Source: Patescibacteria group bacterium (lineage in GTDB: Bacteria > Patescibacteriota > Dojkabacteria > JAHIVN01). From it: a stretch of DNA of 64,000 bases. Positions within the stretch are counted from its first letter, which is position 1. Each line of letters starts with the position of its first letter. The position numbers were made by a program, and so were the translations under genes. The notes under the pieces were generated by a model. It saw nothing but the letters and a program-made list of their open reading frames with translations. It made no database searches and was not told the DNA's origin. Of the stretch, positions 1-9,756 are shown in pieces. Location of the stretch: contig JBDRHZ010000012.1 of assembly GCA_043816305.1 (NCBI GenBank), positions 55,701 through 119,700 of the forward strand, given 5' to 3'.

Positions 1-664
1 TGCCATCGGATTAAGAATATGATTTAATACATATAAATTATACCCCAGGTTAGGGGCTTTTGCAAATTTACGAAATTTCAGTTCTTCGACAAATAGTTTC
101 TTGGTTAATTATGGATATTTCCAACCTGCTTCCTGCGTATGATGAGAACTGCACTGAAAACACCATTAGCCAGCACCCAGGTCAAAGGATATGACCAAGT
201 GAGTATTGAGTCGGAATTTAGTCAGAAATTCAATTCCTTTTGTTACCTAATAATTTTATAAAGACTTCGGTTTGATATTATTTGATTTGATATAAATATC
301 TTCTCGTTCACAATGGATTAAAAATCCTGCCCGATGGAAAAGGATCATATTCAGGGAATATTTCTTCTCAACTAACGGAATTATCTAGCAAAAACTTCGG
401 AAGGATTATTTCTCTTGTTTTTTTCTATTTGCCATAACGATGCTGATCAAGCCCAAGACCATGATAAACGATGCTGTCAAAGAATAATTAAGCTTAAGTT
501 TTTCAGACATCTACTTTCTTAAAAAAACTGTTTAATGAGAATATATTGAGAATCTTCTTCAATTATACTAATTCTATTCCTAGATATTCCTTCTTAAATA
601 AGTATTATTTTACTTAAGTCAGAGTTTGGAAAAAACTGGACATTTTATAAGTAATCATTTTTGT

Positions 665-1234
665 TTACTTTCTTAATTTTAATTCAACTCTTTTTCTGCT
701 GGCAGATTTTTCAAGTTGTTCTTTAAGAAGTAGGGATTTGGCCTTGAGATCATCTTCTCTAACTTTTTCAGTCTTTATTTTTTGTTTACCTATTCTTAAT
801 GACGTTTCTAATTCGTATACTGAAAGTATAGTAGTAGCTATGCAATAAAAGTTTTTTGATCTTCCTTCATCAAAATGCTTTAAGAAGATCTCTAGTAACT
901 CAATCCGTCTTTTCTGCTGTTTAATAAATTTCTCCAAACCCTGTTTTTTAATAGAATTTAAATTTGAAATAGATTTTCTGTGAGTTACAAAAGAATCACC
1001 TTTATCCCAACCTTTAAGTTTCGAACATGGAAATTTATTACATTCTGCACAGACTTCAAAATTTTGTTTTTTCACACAACAAGTCACAAGCGAACAGGAT
1101 GGGTGCTTATCGGAAAAATCAGGACCACAACATCCTGGGCACCTCGAAGGACCTTTAATATAGTATCTTGGACATAAGCCACAATCTAACCCACAAACAC
1201 CAAGTGTAGGATACTTTTTAATGACTTTATCCAC
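665..1234 (-). CDS. DUF3795-like Cys-rich (Fe-S/Zn-binding) protein
   Basis: CGLDCGLCP, CPGC, C..VTCC and CAECNKFPC cysteine pattern. Confidence 0.75.
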   Translation of the reverse strand: MDKVIKKYPTLGVCGLDCGLCPRYYIKGPSRCPGCCGPDFSDKHPSCSLVTCCVKKQNFEVCAECNKFPCSKLKGWDKGDSFVTHRKSISNLNSIKKQGLEKFIKQQKRRIELLEIFLKHFDEGRSKNFYCIATTILSVYELETSLRIGKQKIKTEKVREDDLKAKSLLLKEQLEKSASRKRVELKLRK

Positions 1235-1431
1235 GATTTTTAGTTAAATCAATTATACTAAAATGCTAAATAATTATACTTTATCGACTTTCATATTTCT
1301 ATAGAATTATTGTTTTTAATATCTTTATGAAATGATAATGAATAGGGGACTTATACCCTCCGGAGGCGGTCGGGCCATTAGACGACCAACACTCATTTTT
1401 ATAAGTTCCTCCTTCAAAACCGTGACTTCAA

Positions 1432-1502
1432 TTGCCGGGCTTAGATTCGAACTAAGATTCAGCGCTTCAGAGGCGCTTGTCCTACCATTAGACGACCCGG
1501 CA
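1432..1502 (-). tRNA. tRNA-Gln (CTG)
   Basis: Minus strand folds: acceptor TGCCGGG/CCCGGCA, anticodon stem AGCGC/GCGCT with loop CT-CTG-AA, T-loop GTTCGAATC; CCA not encoded. Confidence 0.95.
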
Positions 1503-1799
1503 TTTTTTAGTGTTAGATTTTAATACACGTTACTTTCCGATTCATTATCCCGATTCGTTATACTCATCGGGACTAGGTCAGACTACGCATTTCTTTCGTG
1601 CCTCAAGAAATCCTAGTTCTGCCTTGAGGACGACCCGGCAACATTGACCCCAGGTATTTTACCAGAGAAGAGTGCAAACAGTAAATGCCCGAAATAGCAC
1701 TTCAAAACGAAGGATATCTTAATTGATAACTGGGAATTGGTCATTGTTATTTACTGCTTCCTGTTTACTGTGTATAATACAAAGATTATTAAAAGTATT

Positions 1800-2210
1800 A
1801 TGGAAAGAAAAGTAAAAGTATATACTGACGGCGGGGCAAGGGGAAACCCAGGGCCTGCTGCAGCTGGAGTTGTGATATTTGATGAAGAGGGTAGACTACT
1901 AGCCATTGACGCGAAATATCTCGGTGAGACGACAAACAATCAAGCTGAATATCAAGCACTAGAACTTGCGCTCGAACTTCTGCAAAAGAAGGACATTTCT
2001 CGAGATATCACTTGTTACTTGGACAGCGAGCTTATCGTTAAACAATTAAACGGGGAGTACAAAGTCAAAAATTCTGACATTGCTATAGTAAAGAAAAGAA
2101 TTGACTCATTGTCTGAGTTTTTTGAGAACATAGAGTTCATTCATATCAGACGTGAGGAAAATAAGTTTGCAGATAAACTCGTAAATGTTATATTGGATGC
2201 AAGGGAGTAG
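1800..2210 (+). CDS. rnhA: Ribonuclease HI family protein
   Basis: YTDGGARGNPGPA, TNNQAEY, DSELIVKQ, HIRREENKFAD motifs; ATG at 1800 preferred over TTG at 1737. Confidence 0.92.
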   Translation: MERKVKVYTDGGARGNPGPAAAGVVIFDEEGRLLAIDAKYLGETTNNQAEYQALELALELLQKKDISRDITCYLDSELIVKQLNGEYKVKNSDIAIVKKRIDSLSEFFENIEFIHIRREENKFADKLVNVILDARE

Positions 2211-2275
2211 CTAATAGTTAATATGTAATAGCAAGTAACTATCAAGTAATTGATAGTATTATTTAAGAAATTTCC

Positions 2276-3727
2276 ATGTCGAAAACATATTCTGTAGACA
2301 TTACAGATAAAAGACAAAAAAGACGCAAAACTCTTCGAGAAAAGAAGAAGGATAAAAAACCACAAAAGGGAAAAGTTAAGGTTATTGTAACCTTACTCAT
2401 TCTGTTTGGACTTCTTGGAGGTGTCGGTTACTATTTATATAATGCAGCTTCTAAATGCGATGGGGCAAATTGCAATCCGATACTGCGTCCCATCGAAGCT
2501 ACGATTGATCCAAAACTTAAACAAGATAAAGGTCTTACGAATGTGCTTGTTGTTGGTATCGATACGAGAGAGGCTAATCCCGGTCTTATGAATACTGATA
2601 CGATAATGATCCTGACTGTTGATCATGTAAATCAGTCTGTTGTCATGACTTCGGTTCCCAGAGACCTCTGGGTTTCTTACACCCTGCCAAACGGAAATAC
2701 TACTTCCAGTAAAGTGAATAGTGCATATGCGATGGGAGAATACTTCGAAAGTGGGAAGGGAATAGAGACATTAACAGGGGTTGTTGAAATGATTATTGGG
2801 CAGCCGATACACTATTATGTAAAAGTGACTTTGTCTGGATTTGTAGAGATAGTTGATACTATAGGAGGTGTGGATATCGATATCCCGGAATATTATAAAG
2901 ACGCATACCCGAAGTCAGAGCTTCCACAATCGTATCAAGACACCTGTGCTTCATTCTTTCATGCAGGAGAGTACTGTATTTTTGAATTTCAAGAGGGGAC
3001 TGAACATATGGATGGCCAGAGAGCATTGATCTATGCCAGAAGTAGACTTCTTAGCCCCTTAGGAGATTTTGATCGTGCAAGAAGACAGCAGAGAGTCATA
3101 AGTTCTGTGAAAGATGAGGTACTCTCCAGTGATACATTACTTGATCCTGCCAAGCTCTGGGATATATATAATATCGTCAAGGATAACATCGAAACGTCAA
3201 ATTTTACCATCAACGACATACGCGCTGCTCTCAAGCTCAAGGATGAATTTGACCCCGATAATATAGGACAACTTGTACTTGATCCAAATCTTGGTTACGT
3301 TCCCAATAAATACATCTATAGACCATATGACTTCCCAGGCAGAGGCTACAACATTGAAGCTCACGACCTGACATATGCTTCGATTCAAGCATTATTTGGG
3401 GAAGTCAGGAAATATCCGCTCCTTTATAATGAAGCTCCCAAGATCTCAATTTACAATGCAACAGGTAATCCGGTACTTGCGAAAGACTGGACAAGCGAAA
3501 TCCTAAGTAAGGCATCTTTTGTACAGATCGTGGAAACGAACAAACTTATCCAGGATCCAGAAGGGAATTTATCGGGCATCAAGATTTATAAATTTACTGA
3601 TACAGAAAAACCGGGAACTGATGAATTCTTAAAGAAAGTTTTTGAAGTAGGTGAGATCACTACTGAGAACACAGAGGTGATAGAAGCTTATCGAGGAGAA
3701 GATTATGTGATTGTTGTAGGACCGTAA
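2276..3727 (+). CDS. LCP (LytR-CpsA-Psr) family cell-wall polymer ligase
   Basis: N-terminal TM; GIDTR, TDTIM, SVPRDL, KVNSAY, YARSR, DFDRARRQQ motifs. Confidence 0.92.
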   Translation: MSKTYSVDITDKRQKRRKTLREKKKDKKPQKGKVKVIVTLLILFGLLGGVGYYLYNAASKCDGANCNPILRPIEATIDPKLKQDKGLTNVLVVGIDTREANPGLMNTDTIMILTVDHVNQSVVMTSVPRDLWVSYTLPNGNTTSSKVNSAYAMGEYFESGKGIETLTGVVEMIIGQPIHYYVKVTLSGFVEIVDTIGGVDIDIPEYYKDAYPKSELPQSYQDTCASFFHAGEYCIFEFQEGTEHMDGQRALIYARSRLLSPLGDFDRARRQQRVISSVKDEVLSSDTLLDPAKLWDIYNIVKDNIETSNFTINDIRAALKLKDEFDPDNIGQLVLDPNLGYVPNKYIYRPYDFPGRGYNIEAHDLTYASIQALFGEVRKYPLLYNEAPKISIYNATGNPVLAKDWTSEILSKASFVQIVETNKLIQDPEGNLSGIKIYKFTDTEKPGTDEFLKKVFEVGEITTENTEVIEAYRGEDYVIVVGP

Positions 3728-3787
3728 TCCGTATTCAGTAATCCTTAATCTCTAAGCTGTTGCTTTCAGGAGCTTTGTTTTACAAGA

Positions 3788-3806
3788 CAAGGGGTTTTAC
3801 CCCTTG
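3788..3806. repeat. REP-like palindrome (related copy at 51443-51464)
   Basis: caaggggttttaccccttg hairpin; gcaaggggcttaagccccttgc at 51443-51464. Confidence 0.6.
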
Positions 3807-3918
3807 CGAGGAAATGCTAATAGATTTATTCAAGGGGCTACTGTCAGAGGCGGGCAGGAAAGTCCCTAGTCCTTGATTTTATAGTTTTGTATATATACCG
3901 GCGTATCTGCTCATCGGC

Positions 3919-4734
3919 TCATGAGCTCACGGAAGAATAGCTTTTGAGTCCCAGTTTCCAGACGAGGTTGCTTCCTAGATAAAAAACAGTAGCGAGAATG
4001 ACATAGTAGCTAGTTAGCGGCCAGTCTATGTTATTGAAGAAGATGACTGAAGTCGGTACTGTTGTGACTAGAGCAACTGGGATTATGAAACTTGCGATAA
4101 ATCTTATAGCCCCTTGGTAAGCGGATGACGGGATCGACCCTGGATCATTTAATACAGTATGCAAAAATCCCCTTACCGACTCCATTCTTCCCGCCCAGAA
4201 AGCCAGCGATAATACTATGAAGAAGATTGAGTAGAATACTACCACTGAGCAAGCTGCAAGAATTAACAATTTCAAAACGAGGAGAAAAGTTATGACAATT
4301 TTCAGCTTGATGATAGATATGAAGAAAACAGCCAGTCCGAATAACGCATTGGGTATACTGGCGATATCAAATTCATTGAACGAAGCAAGAAATTTTGAAC
4401 CGATAGGTTTTGTGAGCAGTCCATCGATCTTGCCGTAGAAAATATTATCAGAAAGAGAGTTTAGGCTGATATCAAAAAGGAACCAGAAAATGTTCTGGAA
4501 TATATGAAAAAATCCCATAAACCCTATGTATTGCCAGATACTGTATCCGGCGAAGGAGTCTGAGTAACTGTAAAGAATATAGATCCATACTATACTGGCT
4601 ATCAGCCAGAGACTTATGGAGACTGTCGTGAGATAGAAGCTGGCCCGATAGGTGAGTGCTTTCTGATAAGAAAGACTTAGGAGTCTAGCTAATATTTTCC
4701 CATATTTTAGAATGTTATGCACCATACGCTTCAT
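3919..4734 (-). CDS. ABC-2 family permease (ABC2_membrane_6/DUF990-like)
   Basis: About 6 TM segments, G.ID.LLTKP motif, C-terminal GLKSYSSVSS. Confidence 0.85.
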   Translation of the reverse strand: MKRMVHNILKYGKILARLLSLSYQKALTYRASFYLTTVSISLWLIASIVWIYILYSYSDSFAGYSIWQYIGFMGFFHIFQNIFWFLFDISLNSLSDNIFYGKIDGLLTKPIGSKFLASFNEFDIASIPNALFGLAVFFISIIKLKIVITFLLVLKLLILAACSVVVFYSIFFIVLSLAFWAGRMESVRGFLHTVLNDPGSIPSSAYQGAIRFIASFIIPVALVTTVPTSVIFFNNIDWPLTSYYVILATVFYLGSNLVWKLGLKSYSSVSS

Positions 4735-5503
4735 ATTTTTTGATACCGAATTTATAAAGTAATTTGAAAATAATGATTATCAATATCACCCACAAGGCCT
4801 GCATTCCGAACATAAAGGGGAGATTGATTTCGTCCGGGGTAAATATGATATCTGCTGAAAAGGCAAAGGTGTATCTATAGAAAAGTAAGTTGTTGATCCC
4901 TGCCATCCAGGCTGGCATGAGAACTACTGGGAAAACCTGTCCTGAGAGAAGCATAAATAGTATTCTATTTAGTCTGCTTATCGGATCAACATTCTGGATG
5001 AAAAATGCACACATTCCTATGATCATATCCCAGAGAGAGAAGATGGTTGCTCCCAGAATCATAGAGACAAGTAAGAACAAAAGCTGTTCAATCGAAGTGA
5101 TCGGTATTTTTAAATTGAAAACTATAAGAAGGACTATAAAAATAGGTGCGATAAGGATGAGACTTCCGAGCTTCCATCCTTGCTCGATGAAGATGTATCT
5201 CAAGATGGGATGGATAGGTTTGACTATGAAAGCGCTGATCCCGCCATCTTTGATGGAAGAGCCTAGATACTTGCTCACTGTCCCGCCTATGATGTACCAA
5301 AGGATCGCCATAACAAGAAAGTAGGTAAGAAGATCGGTCTGCTGGAAGCCGTTTATTTCCTTCTTGTCTCCATATACTGCTACCCAAGTCACATAGTTTA
5401 CAAACGCCGGGAGCAAGCCGCAGAAGAACCAAAACAGATTGTCAAATCTGTGTTCGTATTGCCGCATGAGATTTACTTTGAAAACTGCCCAGTATTTTTT
5501 CAT
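4715..5503 (-). CDS. ABC-2 family permease (ABC2_membrane_6-like)
   Basis: About 6 TM segments, IKDG.IS...KP, LSGQVFP, C-terminal KKYEAYGA. Confidence 0.85.
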   Translation of the reverse strand: MKKYWAVFKVNLMRQYEHRFDNLFWFFCGLLPAFVNYVTWVAVYGDKKEINGFQQTDLLTYFLVMAILWYIIGGTVSKYLGSSIKDGGISAFIVKPIHPILRYIFIEQGWKLGSLILIAPIFIVLLIVFNLKIPITSIEQLLFLLVSMILGATIFSLWDMIIGMCAFFIQNVDPISRLNRILFMLLSGQVFPVVLMPAWMAGINNLLFYRYTFAFSADIIFTPDEINLPFMFGMQALWVILIIIIFKLLYKFGIKKYEAYGA

Positions 5504-5636
5504 GACTTAAGATTTTATTATATTTAAGAATTTATTAGTAGGAGAATCGAAGGACTGAAAGAATGCCCAATGATCAAATACCAATTACCAACGAACATCC
5601 AATCCTTCGACTTCTCTCAGGATAAACAACTAATAA

Positions 5637-6140
5637 CTACTCCTTTATATAAAGATAATTATTATCCAAGACCTTTTCATATTTCCAGCTTGGGAATTTG
5701 AAAATGTGGAGAATGATCTTGGATCTAGGGGTGGTTCTATTTTGCAATTTCTTTTCCAGTGATTTCATTATGCCCTTGACGGGATAAGAGGTGATGATGC
5801 TGTACTTTGGGAAATCAATGTTCCAAAGGCTTCTCCAATGTATAAATGCCTTGTTTCTTAGTCCTGCTTTGCGTATTTTCATTTTTGAAATTAGAACAAG
5901 TATTGGATTGATTTCATATCCGTGCGACTCAATACCTTTCTTTGCAAATTCGATGACAATTCTTCCATCGCCGGAGCCCAGATCTACGACCTTGTCACCT
6001 TGTTTTGCTTCAGATAACTTGAGCAGTGCTTTGAGTCTTTTCTTGTCGATTGGCAGGTATGGAGCTCCCTTGATAACAGGAGCGGCTACGATAAAAAATA
6101 CAGGAACTAAAATAATTAGTAAGATCAAGACTTTTTCCAT
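5637..6140 (-). CDS. Membrane-anchored class I SAM-dependent methyltransferase
   Basis: N-terminal TM, GAPYLP, VDLGSGDGRI, GYEINP. Confidence 0.85.
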   Translation of the reverse strand: MEKVLILLIILVPVFFIVAAPVIKGAPYLPIDKKRLKALLKLSEAKQGDKVVDLGSGDGRIVIEFAKKGIESHGYEINPILVLISKMKIRKAGLRNKAFIHWRSLWNIDFPKYSIITSYPVKGIMKSLEKKLQNRTTPRSKIILHIFKFPSWKYEKVLDNNYLYIKE

Positions 6141-6406
6141 AACAATAGGATTATATTGGCTGGGGTGGGGGAAGTAAAGGGATTTTGTTTAGTAGGCAAA
6201 GAGCGGGACATACGGGTCTGGAACCCCACGTTCCAAGAATATTATACAAGAAATGAGACATTTGGGACAGCATAAAAAAAGTGAAATATAGATGTCACAG
6301 ATAGCAATATCTTATCCTATAGTTTGCCTACTAACTTTTCCTTCCCAACGAAAATTGATTCTATAGCTTTCTCATAAAATTATCTCCACTTTTTTAGAAT
6401 AACTCC

Positions 6407-7318
6407 TTAATCTCTTGTCTTATCAACTTCAGTACGTAAAACATCATGAATAGGAACTCTCCTTCTTATAAGTCTACATTCAAAATCTGTAATTTCAAGC
6501 CCTTTTTTTTCTGCCTGAAGCAAAATACCAGCTACATGCACTGTATGACAAATACAGGCAATTGTAGAAGCACTTTCACCTAAAATAGATCTAAGCATAA
6601 AAGCCTCGCGTCTATCATAGTCCCATGCAAGTTCACTGCTTAATTTATCAGACCAGTCTATAAGATCATCCGAAAATACCTCTGCATAATCCCATTTTTC
6701 GAAAATTTCTTTTATTACTCTGACAATCTCTTGCCTTTGTTCTTCATTTGCATGATTCCAACCTAAATCCATCTGTAATTCTCTTACAACTTCTCCTGCC
6801 ATCCCTCGTCCAATCATTTGGGCGTATTCTATAGGATTTCCCATTATATCCATTGTTGCAGCAAAAATGTGTTTATCTTGGGGAACATTTAGTTTAGCAT
6901 ATTGAAGTTCAGAATCAACTACAGAACCAACGCAGCGTACTCTATCTTCTTCTAACCACCCAGGGGAATCTCCCTCTATGAGTAGAGTTACACCCTCCGG
7001 GAGTTTTCTAAGAAACTCATCGATTAGATTAGTTTCATAGGGATGTGGACTAGCTCTAAAGATTCTTTCCCCATCTACAAATCTCAGACTGTACAGAGTC
7101 ATATGCTGAGTACCTAGCATTGAAACTCTTTTACCATTAATCATAAAAGAAACTTCTATGTGAAAATAATGACCAACCATCCTTTCAAAGTTAACTCCAG
7201 CAGCAGAGAAACTAGCATCTTCCCTTAATCTATGAGCAACCTTAAAAGGAGTACCCTTATAATCATCTTGTTCTGTATCGTCTAAAAGTATATCTAGTTG
7301 ATCTTTTTCTTCCTCCAT
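6407..7318 (-). CDS. Hypothetical protein
   Basis: 303-aa ORF with no recognised motif. Confidence 0.6.
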   Translation of the reverse strand: MEEEKDQLDILLDDTEQDDYKGTPFKVAHRLREDASFSAAGVNFERMVGHYFHIEVSFMINGKRVSMLGTQHMTLYSLRFVDGERIFRASPHPYETNLIDEFLRKLPEGVTLLIEGDSPGWLEEDRVRCVGSVVDSELQYAKLNVPQDKHIFAATMDIMGNPIEYAQMIGRGMAGEVVRELQMDLGWNHANEEQRQEIVRVIKEIFEKWDYAEVFSDDLIDWSDKLSSELAWDYDRREAFMLRSILGESASTIACICHTVHVAGILLQAEKKGLEITDFECRLIRRRVPIHDVLRTEVDKTRD

Positions 7319-7483
7319 GTTCCGATATTTTTGTTAAATGATAAAGATATTTTAACATAGGGAGAATTGAGATCGCAATTAAATTTACACCCACACCACC
7401 TCCCCATCCCCATCAACAAAGTGCCATCTCTGTCTCCTTTTACCTTTTCTGGGATGAACTTTGGGGAAATTCTTACACAAAGA

Positions 7484-7517
7484 AACTGGCGGGGTGCGTG
7501 GGACAAGGCTCGAACTT
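7484..7517 (+). repeat. Outer att junction, 34-bp repeat copy 1
   Basis: aactggcggggtgcgtgggacaaggctcgaactt, identical to 9764-9797. Confidence 0.9.
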
Positions 7518-7654
7518 GGTTTGATTTACATCCGACATTTGAGTTAAGTTTACCAAATTTGTCATTTGATTTGGAAAAGAAGGATTTAATTCTTCTAGCA
7601 GAGTTTTAAGTTATTGATTCAGTCTTACAGTAAACAAGCTGGTATAATCTTTGC

Positions 7655-8410
7655 ATGAGCATACGAATAAAACGGTTCTACGATAAAATACCAAACTATG
7701 ACAAAAGCAAAATCGACAACGACTTTGATAATATAGATGATCTGCTAATAAGACTTGAAGGTTCTATAGATAATAAAGATATTAAAATAGTACACCAACC
7801 TATTGAAGACGCTTTTAAATCAAGGCTAACAATTATTTTATATCAAAATAACTTAAGAGCTTTCTATTTACTTACCGGAATAGTTACAGAGTTAAACGCA
7901 GATAATTTACCAGCCGCTTTGCCATTAATTAGAGCATTTTACGAGTTGATGATACAACTAGGTTATTTGTGCAGTCAGATCTTAAATCATAACGATTTGA
8001 ATTACTTGCTTTCAGAACTATTTCATAAGGTATTTTTAGGAAATCGAAATGAGGGTGCTGGCGTACTCGCTTTAGGCAAAGTAGAAACTATCAGTATTAT
8101 GACGATGCTTAGCCATGCTGAGAAAGTATTTAATTCTATTGATCCTGAAGGTACTAAAGATAAGCAAATACTAACAAACTACTATGCAGATCTATCAAAC
8201 AAGTGTCATCCCAACTTTAATAGCAATATGTTCTTTACCAGTCTTGATGAAAAAGGAGAACTATTAGGATTAGATGATATTGGAGAAAATATGAGCTCTG
8301 TCAAAGCACTTGTTTATCATGAATATATGAGTCCTCTTCTGAGTGCAATAGATCATTACAAGTTGTATATGGACAAAATAAATGCTGATCCAAAAGTCGT
8401 AACTACTTAA
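7655..8410 (+). CDS. DUF5677/HEPN-like helical protein, putative defence
   Basis: LIRAFYE and YADLSNKCHPN motifs; island cargo. Confidence 0.55.
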   Translation: MSIRIKRFYDKIPNYDKSKIDNDFDNIDDLLIRLEGSIDNKDIKIVHQPIEDAFKSRLTIILYQNNLRAFYLLTGIVTELNADNLPAALPLIRAFYELMIQLGYLCSQILNHNDLNYLLSELFHKVFLGNRNEGAGVLALGKVETISIMTMLSHAEKVFNSIDPEGTKDKQILTNYYADLSNKCHPNFNSNMFFTSLDEKGELLGLDDIGENMSSVKALVYHEYMSPLLSAIDHYKLYMDKINADPKVVTT

Positions 8411-9401
8411 CGATCTGATAAATAACTCTAAAGATTGCAGTTGATACAAAGCTGAAGTATTTCGAATATTCATCATCACCAATACCATCAGTTATATCGT
8501 GTGATGTGAGATTTCGCAGAGCATAACTCACCCAAAAACTCATCACCATTCCAGAGGTATTTGAATTCTCCGATACAAACCCAGCGACATCCTTCATAGA
8601 AGATACATTATTTGTTTTGTCAAAAAAGTCTGTTTGTATATTGGCGTTTTTTGGTAGAAAATTTTTACCAAAAGTACTACTCATCTTATTGTTAAAGGCT
8701 TCACCTATATTATTTATTTCTGGAAATAATATCCTACAAAGACTCTCAAAAATCAGACTTCCTTCTCTCAAATGTGATTGGAGGAGATTTGCAGAACTTC
8801 CTGTATTAATACACAGTTGTGAGATAACTGAGTACTCTGAGTATTGAGAGAGCCAATACGCAAGTGTAATTATTAAACTAACATTTTTATTATTCCACGA
8901 AGTAGTAATTTTTTCTACGATATTTTTCCAGTAATCTACATAATCCATTCCTAAAGAAATGCCAGTATTATCTTCAAATTTTTTGAATAACTCTTTCACA
9001 GGCTCTTTCAGTTTCTTGTATAGTCTAGTTGCAGTTCCAGAATCAGATTGTAAAGTTAGTAATTTATATGCAGGATTATTTTTGAAAGTTGCTTTATCTT
9101 TACGTCTGTCTTCTTCAATTGCCATCGATAAAAATAGCATCGCTTTATGAAAACTCCCAATATCTCCTTGAAGCCATGCCATTAAGTAATATGGTGTACC
9201 TTTATGTGCGAGATTATAGGTGGCAATGTCAAATTTCCGTACCTTATTGAGAATATCTAAATATCCAATATACCTAGCATAACTCTGATCTTTGACAGGG
9301 ATTGAATTACCAGGTCCAAACTTTTCAAAGAACTTATCCCACTTCTGTGGATCAGATATACCTTTTAGAGCTTGAAGCTCTTTTTGTAATTGGTCATTCA
9401 T
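8403..9401 (-). CDS. Putative HEPN-domain protein (RxxxxH)
   Basis: C-terminal YALRNLTSHD; helical TPR-like N-terminal part (HKGTPYY). Confidence 0.55.
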   Translation of the reverse strand: MNDQLQKELQALKGISDPQKWDKFFEKFGPGNSIPVKDQSYARYIGYLDILNKVRKFDIATYNLAHKGTPYYLMAWLQGDIGSFHKAMLFLSMAIEEDRRKDKATFKNNPAYKLLTLQSDSGTATRLYKKLKEPVKELFKKFEDNTGISLGMDYVDYWKNIVEKITTSWNNKNVSLIITLAYWLSQYSEYSVISQLCINTGSSANLLQSHLREGSLIFESLCRILFPEINNIGEAFNNKMSSTFGKNFLPKNANIQTDFFDKTNNVSSMKDVAGFVSENSNTSGMVMSFWVSYALRNLTSHDITDGIGDDEYSKYFSFVSTAIFRVIYQIVK

Positions 9402-9445
9402 AAACAGAATTATACTATATCAATATAAATTATTAACATCTATCC

Positions 9446-9703
9446 ATGACTCTAACTCCTTTCGAATGGCCCCAATATCATCTAGACCGAGTACGTAAAG
9501 TTTTTGAGCCTCGCTACGGTGAAAAACTCTCCGATGAAAGAGTAATAAATATTGCCAACAACCTCTATGGATACGCAGTTGTATGCTATGACTCATGGAA
9601 AAAGAGAATTAAAAAAGAAGAGGATGAGATTCGAACCAGGAAAAGAAATGGTGGACAAGAATTTCCACATACAGAAGAAGGTCAGGATAAATTACGAAAT
9701 TAA
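9446..9703 (+). CDS. Small RKVFEPRY-family protein, homologous to 37362-37565
   Basis: RVRKVFEPRYGEKLSDERVINIANNLYGYAVVC aligns with QIRKVFEPRYKRKLTEEKVEIIATNLTNYAKVC. Confidence 0.8.
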   Translation: MTLTPFEWPQYHLDRVRKVFEPRYGEKLSDERVINIANNLYGYAVVCYDSWKKRIKKEEDEIRTRKRNGGQEFPHTEEGQDKLRN

Positions 9704-9756
9704 TAAAAGGTTCGAGTCGAACCGAAGAAGCTTGCTAATTAGGGGAAATTTCGAGC

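Noticed and set aside
406-510. 34-aa hydrophobic minus-strand ORF
   Set aside because: Too short, no recognisable motif and no convincing continuation frame.
1332-1523. 63-aa ORF
   Set aside because: Antisense translation of tRNA-Gln.
7367-7609. 80-aa ORF as a standalone gene
   Set aside because: TTG start in low-complexity DNA; its second half is the displaced recombinase tail at the att junction.
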